Assembly: GCA_021786295.1 (NCBI GenBank)
Contig: JAJYNO010000025.1
Coordinates: 3,206-67,205, forward strand
Origin: a bacterium
GTDB taxonomy: Bacteria; Elusimicrobiota; Elusimicrobia; Elusimicrobiales; UBA9959
Length of the DNA: 64,000 bases
Direction: 5' to 3'
The position numbers were made by a program, and so were the translations under genes. Below, piece after piece: positions 39,213 to 48,200 of the stretch (the stretch's first letter is position 1; each line of letters begins with the position of its first letter). The notes under the pieces were generated by a model. The model worked only from the letters and a program-made list of their open reading frames with translations, made no database searches and was not told where the DNA came from.

Positions 39213-39772
39213 TATTCAACGTCTCCGCTGCGTCCGGCTGGATAGAGGTGGTCTGCGGCAGCATGTTCTCCGGCAAGACGCAGGAACTGATCCGCCGGCT
39301 GAAACTGGCCAACATAGCCAAGCAGAAGGTGCAGGTTTTCAATTCGCACCTCGACGTGCGCTACGCCAAGGAACACCTGGTCTCCCACGACAAGTCGATG
39401 CTGGCGGCCAGGCCGGTGAGGACGGCCAAGGAGATACTGAAGGACGTGGAGAAGGACACCCAGGTGGTCGGCATAGACGAGGCGCATTTCTTCGGCCCCG
39501 AGATCGTGGAGGTGGCGCAGAAGCTGGCCAACTCCGGCCGCCGCGTGATCGTGGCAGGGCTCGACCAGGACTACCGCGGCGAAGCCTTCGACAACATGGC
39601 CAAGCTGATGGCCGTGGCCGAGTTCGTCACGAAGAACCTGGCCATCTGCATGGTCTGCGGCAACCCGGCCCATTTCAGCCAGCGCCTGACCGACTCCGGC
39701 AAGCGCATAGTGGTGGGCGCCGGGGATAAATACGAGGCCCGCTGCCGCAAGTGCTTCCAGCCGGAGAAATAG
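39209..39772 (+). CDS. tdk: Thymidine kinase
   Basis: GSMFSGKT, IDEAHF, AGLDQD, CxxC..YEARCRKC. Confidence 0.96.
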   Translation: MIFNVSAASGWIEVVCGSMFSGKTQELIRRLKLANIAKQKVQVFNSHLDVRYAKEHLVSHDKSMLAARPVRTAKEILKDVEKDTQVVGIDEAHFFGPEIVEVAQKLANSGRRVIVAGLDQDYRGEAFDNMAKLMAVAEFVTKNLAICMVCGNPAHFSQRLTDSGKRIVVGAGDKYEARCRKCFQPEK

Positions 39773-39776
39773 ACGG

Positions 39777-40271
39777 ATGTACCGTTCCGAAAAATTCAAT
39801 CCCACGCTGTTCGGCAAACTGTTCCACCTGGGCTCAAGGCTGGACGAGAAGAACCGCTGGCTGAAGCTGGCCGAGGCCCTGCCGTGGGAGAAGCTGGACG
39901 CCGAGTACGGCAGGTACTTCGCGGCCGGCTACGGAAGGCCGGCCAAGGACTCGCGCCTGGTCTGCGGCCTGCTGGCGGTAAAGCAGCTCAAGAACGTTTC
40001 CGACGAGGACGCGGTGACCGAGTTCATGGAGAGCCCGTACGTTCAGGCCTTCTGCGGCCAGGAGTATTTCGCCGTGGAGGATATGGTCAACCCGGGATTG
40101 CTTTCGGAGCGCCGCAAGCGGCTGGGCCCGGAATTCATGGCCATGCTGGACGCGGAACTGGTCTCCGCGCTGAAGACCCACAGGGACCTGAAGTTCCACC
40201 CGGCGCACCGCCCTGGACCGGAGCCGTTCCTTCCCGCCCTTCTCTCCCGCCTGCGCTCTCTTTTCTCCTGA
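39777..40271 (+). CDS. IS5-family transposase N-terminal domain (DUF772-like) only, without DDE domain
   Basis: NRWLKLA..PW..Y..GRPA..SDE..ESPYVQAFCG..L...RKRLG pattern typical of IS5 transposase N-termini; stops after 164 aa. Confidence 0.75.
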   Translation: MYRSEKFNPTLFGKLFHLGSRLDEKNRWLKLAEALPWEKLDAEYGRYFAAGYGRPAKDSRLVCGLLAVKQLKNVSDEDAVTEFMESPYVQAFCGQEYFAVEDMVNPGLLSERRKRLGPEFMAMLDAELVSALKTHRDLKFHPAHRPGPEPFLPALLSRLRSLFS

Positions 40272-40278
40272 GCGCCGC

Positions 40279-40328
40279 GCCGGGCGATAAAAAAGCGGAA
40301 CTGATGTTCCGCTTTTTTATCGCCCGGC
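40279..40328. terminator. Bidirectional intrinsic terminator
   Basis: Perfect 23-bp inverted repeat with internal A/T runs between convergent genes. Confidence 0.88.
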
Positions 40329-40337
40329 AGCCGCCGT

Positions 40338-41627
40338 TCAGGGGCTCCAGCTGGGGGTATAGGAATAGCCCTTCATGCCAGGCACCAGCGGGTGCGGGGC
40401 GCTGCCGTCCGAGTCCATGATGTAGATCTCCCTCCTGCCTCCGCGCGTGGAGGTGAAAGCTATGTACCTGCCGTCGGGGGACCAGGACGGGTCCTCGTTG
40501 TTGCCGGCCTGGTAGGTCAGCCTGCGTATCTGGCTTCCGGTCAGGTCGGTCAGGAAGATGTCTAGCGGGTCCCCGCGCCTTTCACGGCCGGAGAACACTA
40601 TCCACTGGCCGTCGGGAGACCAGGAGGGCGAGTCGCACCAGTTGAAGCGGGTCAGCTTGCGGGTCTTGCCTGTGTCCGTGTCCAGAACGAAGACCTCCGG
40701 GTTCCCGGCCAGGTCGGAAATGAAGGCCACCTGCCGGCCGTCCGGCGACCAGGTGGGGGAAGAACTGACGCCGAAGCCTTTCAGTATCCGCTTCACCTTC
40801 TTCGTCACCACGTTCAGCATGTAGATGCCGGGATCGTCCCCGCGCGACAGCGTCATGACCATCGTCAGTCCGTCCGGAGAGAAGCCTCCGGGGATGTTCA
40901 GGCCCTGAAAGGTGGAGAACGGGCGGATCTTTCCGGCCTTCAGGTCTATCTCGAACATGTCCGGATTGCCCCAGCGGTAGGTGGTGTAGTAGATGCGCGT
41001 GCCGTCCTGGGACCAGCGGGGCAGCAGGTCGATGCTGTTGTCGGAGGTCAGGCGGACCAGCCCATGGCCGTCGTAGTCCACCATGTAGATCTCCTTGCGG
41101 CCGGTGGCGTTGTTGGCGAAGGCTATCTTGGAGTGGGCTATCCCCTCCCGGCCGGTCAGGCGCATTATCACGTCGTCGGAGAACAGATGGGCCGCGCGGC
41201 GCAGGGCGTTCTTCTCGCCGCGGTAGAACTTCTCGAGCATCGGTTCCCCGGTGGAAAGGTCGTAGAGGCGGGCCGTGAAGGTCCAGACCGGGCCTGCGTC
41301 GCGCGCCTCGGCGGTTATGAGATGCGGGGCAAGGGCCTTCCACCAGGCCAGGGATCCCGGGGAATCGTCCAGGTTAGCGCGCGAGAGGGGGGCTTCCTTG
41401 AGGTCGAAATAGCGGGAATACAGCAGGTCGGCGCGGACGATGTCCCTGAACTCGCCGGCGAGGGCCAGGTCCTCCTCGCTGCCGGGCCTGGCCGGACGGA
41501 ACTGCGCCAGGGCCAGCGACTGCGTCTTCACCCCGCTGCCCGGTGAAACGCCTATGTAGACGTCGGTCCCGGCGAAGGCGCAGGATGTCAGAAGCAGCAG
41601 CGCCGCTGGCAGAAGCTTCCGGCGCAT
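40338..41627 (-). CDS. tolB: Tol-Pal beta-propeller protein TolB
   Basis: TolB N-domain, KIAF, KEIYMVDYDG, repeated PxWSPDG (PD40) motifs. Confidence 0.92.
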   Translation of the reverse strand: MRRKLLPAALLLLTSCAFAGTDVYIGVSPGSGVKTQSLALAQFRPARPGSEEDLALAGEFRDIVRADLLYSRYFDLKEAPLSRANLDDSPGSLAWWKALAPHLITAEARDAGPVWTFTARLYDLSTGEPMLEKFYRGEKNALRRAAHLFSDDVIMRLTGREGIAHSKIAFANNATGRKEIYMVDYDGHGLVRLTSDNSIDLLPRWSQDGTRIYYTTYRWGNPDMFEIDLKAGKIRPFSTFQGLNIPGGFSPDGLTMVMTLSRGDDPGIYMLNVVTKKVKRILKGFGVSSSPTWSPDGRQVAFISDLAGNPEVFVLDTDTGKTRKLTRFNWCDSPSWSPDGQWIVFSGRERRGDPLDIFLTDLTGSQIRRLTYQAGNNEDPSWSPDGRYIAFTSTRGGRREIYIMDSDGSAPHPLVPGMKGYSYTPSWSP

Positions 41628-41632
41628 GGTCG

Positions 41633-42415
41633 TCAGCCTTTCTTGGTCCGGTGACGCCGGGCCGGGGTCTTGGCCGGGGATCTGCGGGCCCCCGGTTTGC
41701 CCACGAGCTTCTCTATCTCCTCCCTGGCGCTCTTGGCTTCCTGGGACTGCGGGAAGTCGGCCACTACCGACTTCAGGTACTTGAGGGCCTCTTCCTTCTT
41801 GTCCCCAGGCATCCTGAGCAGGGAGAGGGCGTATTTAAGCCTGGCGGCCGGCACCCGGGAGCTGTCGGGGTACTTCTCCAGCATGTTGGCGTAGGCCAGG
41901 GCGGCCTCCTGCCAGTTCCCCTTCAGGTACAGCGACTCTCCCAGATAGAAATAGGCCCCTTCGGCCGTTTCGCCCTGAGGGAACTTGGAGAGATAGGTCT
42001 TGAACCCGGTGGCGGCGCCGTCGAAGTTGTTGTTCAGGTAGGCGTTGTAGGCGTCGTTGTAAATCTTGGCCGGCAGCAGGGAGGTCTGGACCTGCTCCTC
42101 CTGCTTGCGTATGCTCTGGCTGATGGCGCTGACATGCTTGTCGACGGAGGCTCCCAGCGCGCTGAGCTGCCCCGAGAGGCCGGTCATCTGCGCGGAGATG
42201 TCCTTCATGTTCTCGGAGGAGGCGTTGAGGTTGCGCGACAGCTCTTCCATCTTGACGGCCAGTTCGGCCTGGTTCTTCTGCATGTTGGCGAGGTTGGTGT
42301 TGAGGTCGTCCATCTGGCTCTGCATCTGCAGCATGTCCTGCTGCGTCGCGACGCAGCCCGCCGCCAGCAGCGCCGCCGGTAGAAGCAGGAGCGTCCTGGT
42401 GAAGGCCCGCATCAC
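41633..42415 (-). CDS. cpoB: Tol-Pal system protein CpoB/YbgF (coiled coil plus TPR lipoprotein)
   Basis: Lipobox AAGC, coiled coil, TPRs (AYFYLGE, YPDS..P.A.LK). Confidence 0.85.
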   Translation of the reverse strand: MMRAFTRTLLLLPAALLAAGCVATQQDMLQMQSQMDDLNTNLANMQKNQAELAVKMEELSRNLNASSENMKDISAQMTGLSGQLSALGASVDKHVSAISQSIRKQEEQVQTSLLPAKIYNDAYNAYLNNNFDGAATGFKTYLSKFPQGETAEGAYFYLGESLYLKGNWQEAALAYANMLEKYPDSSRVPAARLKYALSLLRMPGDKKEEALKYLKSVVADFPQSQEAKSAREEIEKLVGKPGARRSPAKTPARRHRTKKG

Positions 42416-42954
42416 TGCCCCTTGACCTCGGTGTCGGCGCGGCGGTTCTGGTGCCAGCAGGCCTCGTTCTCCTCGGTGCAGACCGGCTTCTCTTCGCCGT
42501 AGGATATGGTGCCGACGGAATTCTCGGGGACGCCCAGGCGCACGTAATAGTCGCGCACGGCCTTGGCGCGCCTCTGGCCCAGCGCGAGGTTGTACTCTAT
42601 CGTGCCGCGGTCGTCGCAGTTGCCGGCCACCAGCACCGTCCAGTCCTTGTGCTCCTTGAGGACCTCTGCGTTGGCCTGCAGCGTGGCCTGAGCCGCGTCG
42701 GAGAGGTCGTACTTGTCGAAGTCGAAATAGACGCTCTTTATCGACGGGTCTGCGGCGAAATCCCCTCCGCGGATATCGGGCTCGGTGGAGGCGGTCGAGG
42801 AGCTTTCCTCTACGTCAAGCGTCGGTATGGCCTGGGTGTTGGAGACCATCTGCGCGGGTACGCTCTCCGTTTTCAGGTTCTTCTTGGTGCAGGACGACAG
42901 GCTCAGCGCGGCCAGCAGCGGCAGAGCCAGGGTGAGGGATAGAAAAGATTTCAT
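42412..42954 (-). CDS. pal: Peptidoglycan-associated lipoprotein
   Basis: Lipobox SSC, VYFDFDKY, GNCDDRGTIEYNLALGQRRA, SYGEEKP, NRRA. Confidence 0.95.
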   Translation of the reverse strand: MKSFLSLTLALPLLAALSLSSCTKKNLKTESVPAQMVSNTQAIPTLDVEESSSTASTEPDIRGGDFAADPSIKSVYFDFDKYDLSDAAQATLQANAEVLKEHKDWTVLVAGNCDDRGTIEYNLALGQRRAKAVRDYYVRLGVPENSVGTISYGEEKPVCTEENEACWHQNRRADTEVKGQ

Positions 42955-42991
42955 GATCTCGGATCCTCCATAAACTGTCCGTTCAGACTAC

Positions 42992-43020
42992 AATCTATAA
43001 AAATATACGCGTCTTTACAA
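42992..43020 (-). promoter_or_regulatory. Sigma70-type promoter of pal-cpoB-tolB
   Basis: TTGTAA-17 nt-TAGATT on the minus strand; GGAGG SD downstream. Confidence 0.65.
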
Positions 43021-43071
43021 ATCCCCGGCCCGCGCGCGGGGCGTTCCTGTCCGGCGGCAGGGAACGGGGAG

Positions 43072-44037
43072 CTAGGCCGTGCGAGAGGCCAGCGCTGAAA
43101 GGAAGTCCTTCAGCGCCGCCGCCCCTTCCCTGTCCGGGAACTTTTCGGCCAGGGGGAAAAGAGCGTTTATCTTCACGGCGGCCTGGCGTCTGGCCGCCGC
43201 CGCGAACCCGCCGTCCCTCACCAGCGCGGCCAGGTCGAGGGCCGGCGCCAGGTCGGTTCCCGCGCCCGCCTTCACGGCGGCCAGCAGCCTTTCCGCCTCC
43301 GGCCCCGCCTTCGGGTCGTTCAGCGCCAGGATCAGGGGCAGCGTGAACTTCCCCTCGTTGACGTCCTTGAGCGTCTCCTTGCCGCAGGCCTCCGGTTCCC
43401 CCTCGAAATCCAGAACGTCGTCGACCAGCTGGAAGGCGCAGCCGGCGTCCTCCCCGAGGCGGGCGCAGCCGGGCAGCAGTTCCGGTCTGCCGGCCAGGCG
43501 GCACGCGGCTGCGGAGCACCAGCGGAAGAGCGCCCCGGTCTTGAGCGAGATTATCTTTTCCGAGGTCTCGGCGCTTATCCTGCGGCCCTTCGAATTCTCC
43601 TCGATCAGGGCCCCCTCTGTCATGCGCCTGACGGTGCCGATTAGGCTTCCCTGCAGGTCCGGAGCGGCGCTTGCGGCGCATTCCAGCGCCATGGCGATTA
43701 CCAGGTCCCCCACGAGTATGGCTTCGTTGACGCCGGCCTGGTCGTAAAGCGTCGGCAGCCCGCGGCGGTAGCGGGCCGAGTCCAGGCAGTCGTCGTGGAG
43801 CAGCGAGGCCGTGTGGGCCAATTCGGCCGCCGCGGCAGCCTTTTCCGCCGGGGCTGGCGCGGCGCCCAGCGCGGCGGAGGTCAGCAGGGTGAAGCGCGCC
43901 CTGGAGGCTTTGCCGACGAAACTGAGCGGGTATCTGGAAAAATCGAACACGTCCCCGTCCACCGCGGAAAGCTCGGCGGAGATGAGCTCCTTGACGGAAT
44001 GCAGGGACTCCTCTATATTCCTGACAGTTTTTGTCAT
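43072..44037 (-). CDS. Polyprenyl diphosphate synthase
   Basis: ELAHTASLLHDDCLD..RRG, GD, KTG, FQLVDDVLD, EGKFTLP; start uncertain (44037 or 44064). Confidence 0.88.
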   Translation of the reverse strand: MTKTVRNIEESLHSVKELISAELSAVDGDVFDFSRYPLSFVGKASRARFTLLTSAALGAAPAPAEKAAAAAELAHTASLLHDDCLDSARYRRGLPTLYDQAGVNEAILVGDLVIAMALECAASAAPDLQGSLIGTVRRMTEGALIEENSKGRRISAETSEKIISLKTGALFRWCSAAACRLAGRPELLPGCARLGEDAGCAFQLVDDVLDFEGEPEACGKETLKDVNEGKFTLPLILALNDPKAGPEAERLLAAVKAGAGTDLAPALDLAALVRDGGFAAAARRQAAVKINALFPLAEKFPDREGAAALKDFLSALASRTA

Positions 44038-44104
44038 ACTACGGACAAGGGAATATTTTAGCATTAAAAATAATATAATCCAATTATAGTAAAAGGAACG
44101 TCTT

Positions 44105-45013
44105 ATGGGAGATGAACATCACCGGCACGGGAGCCGAGTCCATGGCGGCGCCCATCGCGGGGCCATCGCGGCCGCGTTCTATCTGACCGCCGGCTATATG
44201 CTGGTGGAGGTCGCGGGGGGGCTGCTCACCGGCAGCATGGCGCTGCTCAGCGATTCCATGCACATGCTCACGGACGCCGCCGCGCTGGGAATGAGCTTTT
44301 TCGCCTCCGGGCTGGCCTCGCGGAAACCGGACCTGGACAGGACTTACGGATACCGCAGGGCCGAGGTGGTGGCGGCCCTCGGCAACGCGATGCTGCTTTG
44401 GATACTTACCGGTTACATGATGCGCGAGATCTACGAGAGGTTCCATTCCCCGGTGCGCGTCCTTTCCGGGCCGATGCTGGTCATCGCGGCGGTCGGCCTG
44501 CTGGTCAACCTCGCGGTAGCCGGGATACTGCACTCCCGCGGGGGGGAGAATATAAACGTCCGCGGAGCCTTTCTGCACGTTCTGGGGGACCTGGCCGGTT
44601 CGGTCGCCGCCATAGCGGCCGCCCTGGTGATCCGGCTCACGGGCTGGTACCAGGCCGACACCATAGTCTCGCTGCTGATAAACCTGCTTATCCTGTTCAG
44701 TTCCTGGCGCCTGCTCGCGGAGGCCCTGCACATCCTGATGGAGGGGGTGCCGCGCGGCCTGTCCCTGAAGGCGCTGGAGAGGGCCCTGCGCGGCATAGAC
44801 GGCGTTTCCGACGTGCACGAACTGCACGCCTGGAGCCTCTCCTCCGGCTTCGACGCGGTGACGGCCCACCTGGTGGTCAGGGACGCGGAAAAGCGCCAGG
44901 CAGCCCTCAAGACCGCCACCTGCGGAGTGGCCGCCGAATTCGGAGTGCGCCACACAGTGTTCCAGGTGGAGGGCGAGCCGGTGGAGAACTCTTCCTGCGA
45001 CGTCTGCCATTGA
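44105..45013 (+). CDS. Cation diffusion facilitator (CzcD/ZitB-like)
   Basis: His-rich N-terminus, ALLSDSMHMLTD, TYGYRRAE, NVRGAFLHVLGD, HELHAW. Confidence 0.93.
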   Translation: MGDEHHRHGSRVHGGAHRGAIAAAFYLTAGYMLVEVAGGLLTGSMALLSDSMHMLTDAAALGMSFFASGLASRKPDLDRTYGYRRAEVVAALGNAMLLWILTGYMMREIYERFHSPVRVLSGPMLVIAAVGLLVNLAVAGILHSRGGENINVRGAFLHVLGDLAGSVAAIAAALVIRLTGWYQADTIVSLLINLLILFSSWRLLAEALHILMEGVPRGLSLKALERALRGIDGVSDVHELHAWSLSSGFDAVTAHLVVRDAEKRQAALKTATCGVAAEFGVRHTVFQVEGEPVENSSCDVCH

Positions 45014-45058
45014 ACCGCGCGTGTGTCTAAAGTTACACTAAAATACTCCATTTTCCTG

Positions 45059-45087
45059 TTGACTGAAGCCGCGGAATTATATACCTT
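45059..45087 (+). promoter_or_regulatory. Sigma70-type promoter of the large-protein/PorV/barrel/FecR operon
   Basis: TTGACT-17 nt-TACCTT. Confidence 0.6.
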
Positions 45088-45234
45088 CTGGGGAAGCCCC
45101 GGATCTCATGCAAAGGGGTTAGGGCTTTCGGGTTAGCCCGATAGTGTCGGTTTAAGGTTTCGGGACCGCCATCGATCGGAAGAAAAATGACCTGCGGAGC
45201 GCCAGCCGCGCGGCTGACGCCCTACGGAGGGAAT

Positions 45235-48200
45235 ATGCGTTCATTCAGTATTTTGCTCGCCGCCGTCTTCGCGGCTGTCCTGTCGGGGACGGCTTTCGCG
45301 TCGCCTCAGCCGCTCATCGTCACCGTAAACGATAACCAGGGCAACCTCTTGGAGGACGTGACCGTGGCAGCGGTCAACTTCGGGGTGAACGGCCCCTCCA
45401 CTCACAGCGTGTTCGGATTGACGGACTCTTCTGGCGTCGCGGGCCTGCCGCTGGAGCAGGGCGTGGATTACGAACTGTTCGTCAGCACACAGGGCTATTC
45501 CCCGACGCTCGCCGATCAGTTCAACAACCCGGACCCCTCGGCGCATATCCACCTCCTCTATTCCGGCACCCAGCTCACCCGGACGGTAACTCTGGCCCCG
45601 GGGCTGTCGGGGGTGGGCCGCATAGTGCTCCCCTTCAAGAACGCCACCCCCAGCGAGGTGCTTTTCGGCAGCGTCAACAACAGCGCCCTTCAGCAGCCGG
45701 TGGCCTTCGGCATAACGCAGGCCCTGCCCGACAACACCGGTACGCTGATAGTGGACAACGTCCCCTACGCCTCGGCCGGCACGTATAATATCGGCGCGTA
45801 CGACCCCCAGCTCAACAGGGGCATAGGCCAGAACGTCGACCAGGACCTGAACGGCTCCACCCCGGTCACGATGGGGGCGCCGACCTTGGCCTATTCCCAG
45901 GCGGACTTCAACTATTCCGTGCCTCCGACCCGCGCTGACAATACCGCCGCGCAGAACGGCGGCGCCAGCGGCCTCTCAGTGCAGGGCGTGGTGCAGGACA
46001 CCGCCGCGGCGGTGGTCCCTAACATGGGCATCGGTTTCCAGTACTGCTACAACGGCAATTACAACAACATCTGGACGAATACCGACCAGAACGGGAGCTT
46101 CCAGCTTTACGGCCTCCTCCCAGGCGTCACCTACTACGCGCAGGTCTACGGCGGCTGCACCTGGACCCCGACCGGTCCCGGCGCCTGCTACGCTCCTTAC
46201 AGCAGCCCCGCTCTCTCCGGCGGCAGCCTGGACTGCACCACCCCTCCCTCCGTCAAAGGCCAGAACGATTTCGTGTATTACAGCTCGGCCAGCGTACAGT
46301 ACCAGATACTCAGCCTGTCCCAGATGCCGCCCAGCAGCGGCCAGATAAAGGTGTACGTTAAGGATTCCTCCGGCCACCCGATCCCGCAGGGCAACGTGGG
46401 GCTCAGTCCGGACGGCTCCCTCTGGAGCAATAACGGCTGCTCTGGCGCGCAGAGCTCCACCACGACTTTCTCCTCTCCCGGCTTCTCCAACGCCAACATC
46501 CAGCTGGCCCCGGACGGTTCCGCGGTCTTCAGCGGTCTGCCCAGCGGGAACTACGTCGTAAACGCGTGGACCCCGTTCTCGCAGAACGGCGCCAACGGTC
46601 CGGTCCCTTTCAACGCCGGACCTGACCAGCAGTTCGTCTGGGGCAGCTCAGAAGCGCACTGCGGCACCGACGATCTGCGCGTGGCCGTCGACACCGACCC
46701 CGCCACCAACGCCGGGAGCTACCTGCACGTGTACAATTCCTCCGGCACGGACCTGGGGATGTCCGCTATCGATGTCGCGGTCAACACCGGCGGCAACGCC
46801 ACGGGCAGTCTGACGGGCACGCTGCGGTTCAGCCAGGCCGCCGACCTGACCAAGGACCCGATGATGATAACGCTTAGCCCGATCTGCGGCCCCTCCGGCT
46901 GCCAGGGCCAGGGCAATTTCACGGTAGTCGGCAGCAGCGGCTCGCCCAGCTACACCTACGACATCCCGGTGACCAGCGGCACGGCTTACAACCTGAACGT
47001 CAACTCCAGGTGGTGGGCCTGGGCCCGCACCAACGGCGGCAATAACACCGTGGACCTTTCCACCGGGACCGGCAGCGCCGTCATGGACATGAACTTCGTG
47101 CCCGGCGGCGTGATAACCGGCACCGTCTACAAACCGGACGGCACGGTCTACACTCCCGGCAACAATATCTACGTCTGGATCAACGCCGATGCCGACCAGG
47201 GCTGGGCCGGGGCCCAGCTGTCCAAGGACGGCACGTTCGAGATCGACGGCGCGATGCCGGGCGTGAACCAGCTGTCGCTGAATATAAACGGCAACAGCCT
47301 GGAACAGTATACCCTGCCGTTCCCTGACCCGGTAGTGACCGTGGTGGCGGGCAGCACCGCCACGCTGAACCTGAACCTGAGAAGGGCCACCTACCTCGGC
47401 GCGACGGTCGACATGACCAAGCTTCCGGTCAGCTACTTCGAGGCTTCCGGCTCCGGGGACGCCGTCTACGGCTTCAGCGTGCTGCCGCTGCCGTCCGGCT
47501 CCCTGTTCACTCACGACGAGCTGATAAGCGTCCTGAACCACAAGGGCGGGGACAACAACAGCCTCTCCTATTCTCCTCCCGTAGCCCCCAACGCGCAGGG
47601 GCCTTGCGGCAACGGCTGGACGCCCAACGGCTTCTGCGCCGTCGACCTCCCCTCCCCGGCGGTCTATGACCTGTACCTGGTGCGCAACGGGGACTTCTCC
47701 GACATGAGCGTTTCAAATCCGCCTTACCCGTATTTCACGGTGTTCGGCTCCACGCGGAACGTGGTGCTCAACGATTCCAGGGCTACGGCCCCCGTCCCTC
47801 CCAAGTACATGGGCGGGCAGACGGTCAACGGGGTGAGCGTGGATATGACGCCCTCCTCCGACCTGAGCTCCCGCGGCAACGCGACGCTGGCGGGCTCCGT
47901 GACGGCGACCAACTTCTTCCGCCAGGCGGACTACGCCGCCACCGGCGGCGACTTCAACAAGTTCCTGAACTACCTGCCGGTGGTGAGCCTGTACAACTCC
48001 TCCGGCACCCTGAAGGCGGCGGGCCTGGTAGTCCCTTCTCCCTCCTATATACAGCAGCATAACGCCGAGTTCAGCGCGGACTTCGCGCTGGGCTACCAGA
48101 AATTCAGCACGCTGCTGAACAGCGCCGGGGGCTTCGGCTTCGGGATACAGGACCTGCCCCCGGGCGCCTGCTATACGGCCGTGGTCACTACCCCGAACTA

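Noticed and set aside
39777..40328. Active IS5 insertion sequence, with the 23-bp inverted repeat as its end
   Set aside because: There is no DDE domain, and the inverted repeat is a local hairpin with A/T runs between convergent genes, i.e. a terminator.
45090..45234. c-di-GMP-I riboswitch
   Set aside because: The expected GGCAAA/GAAA-tetraloop/GACGCAAA arrangement is not present; retained only as an unassigned structured leader.
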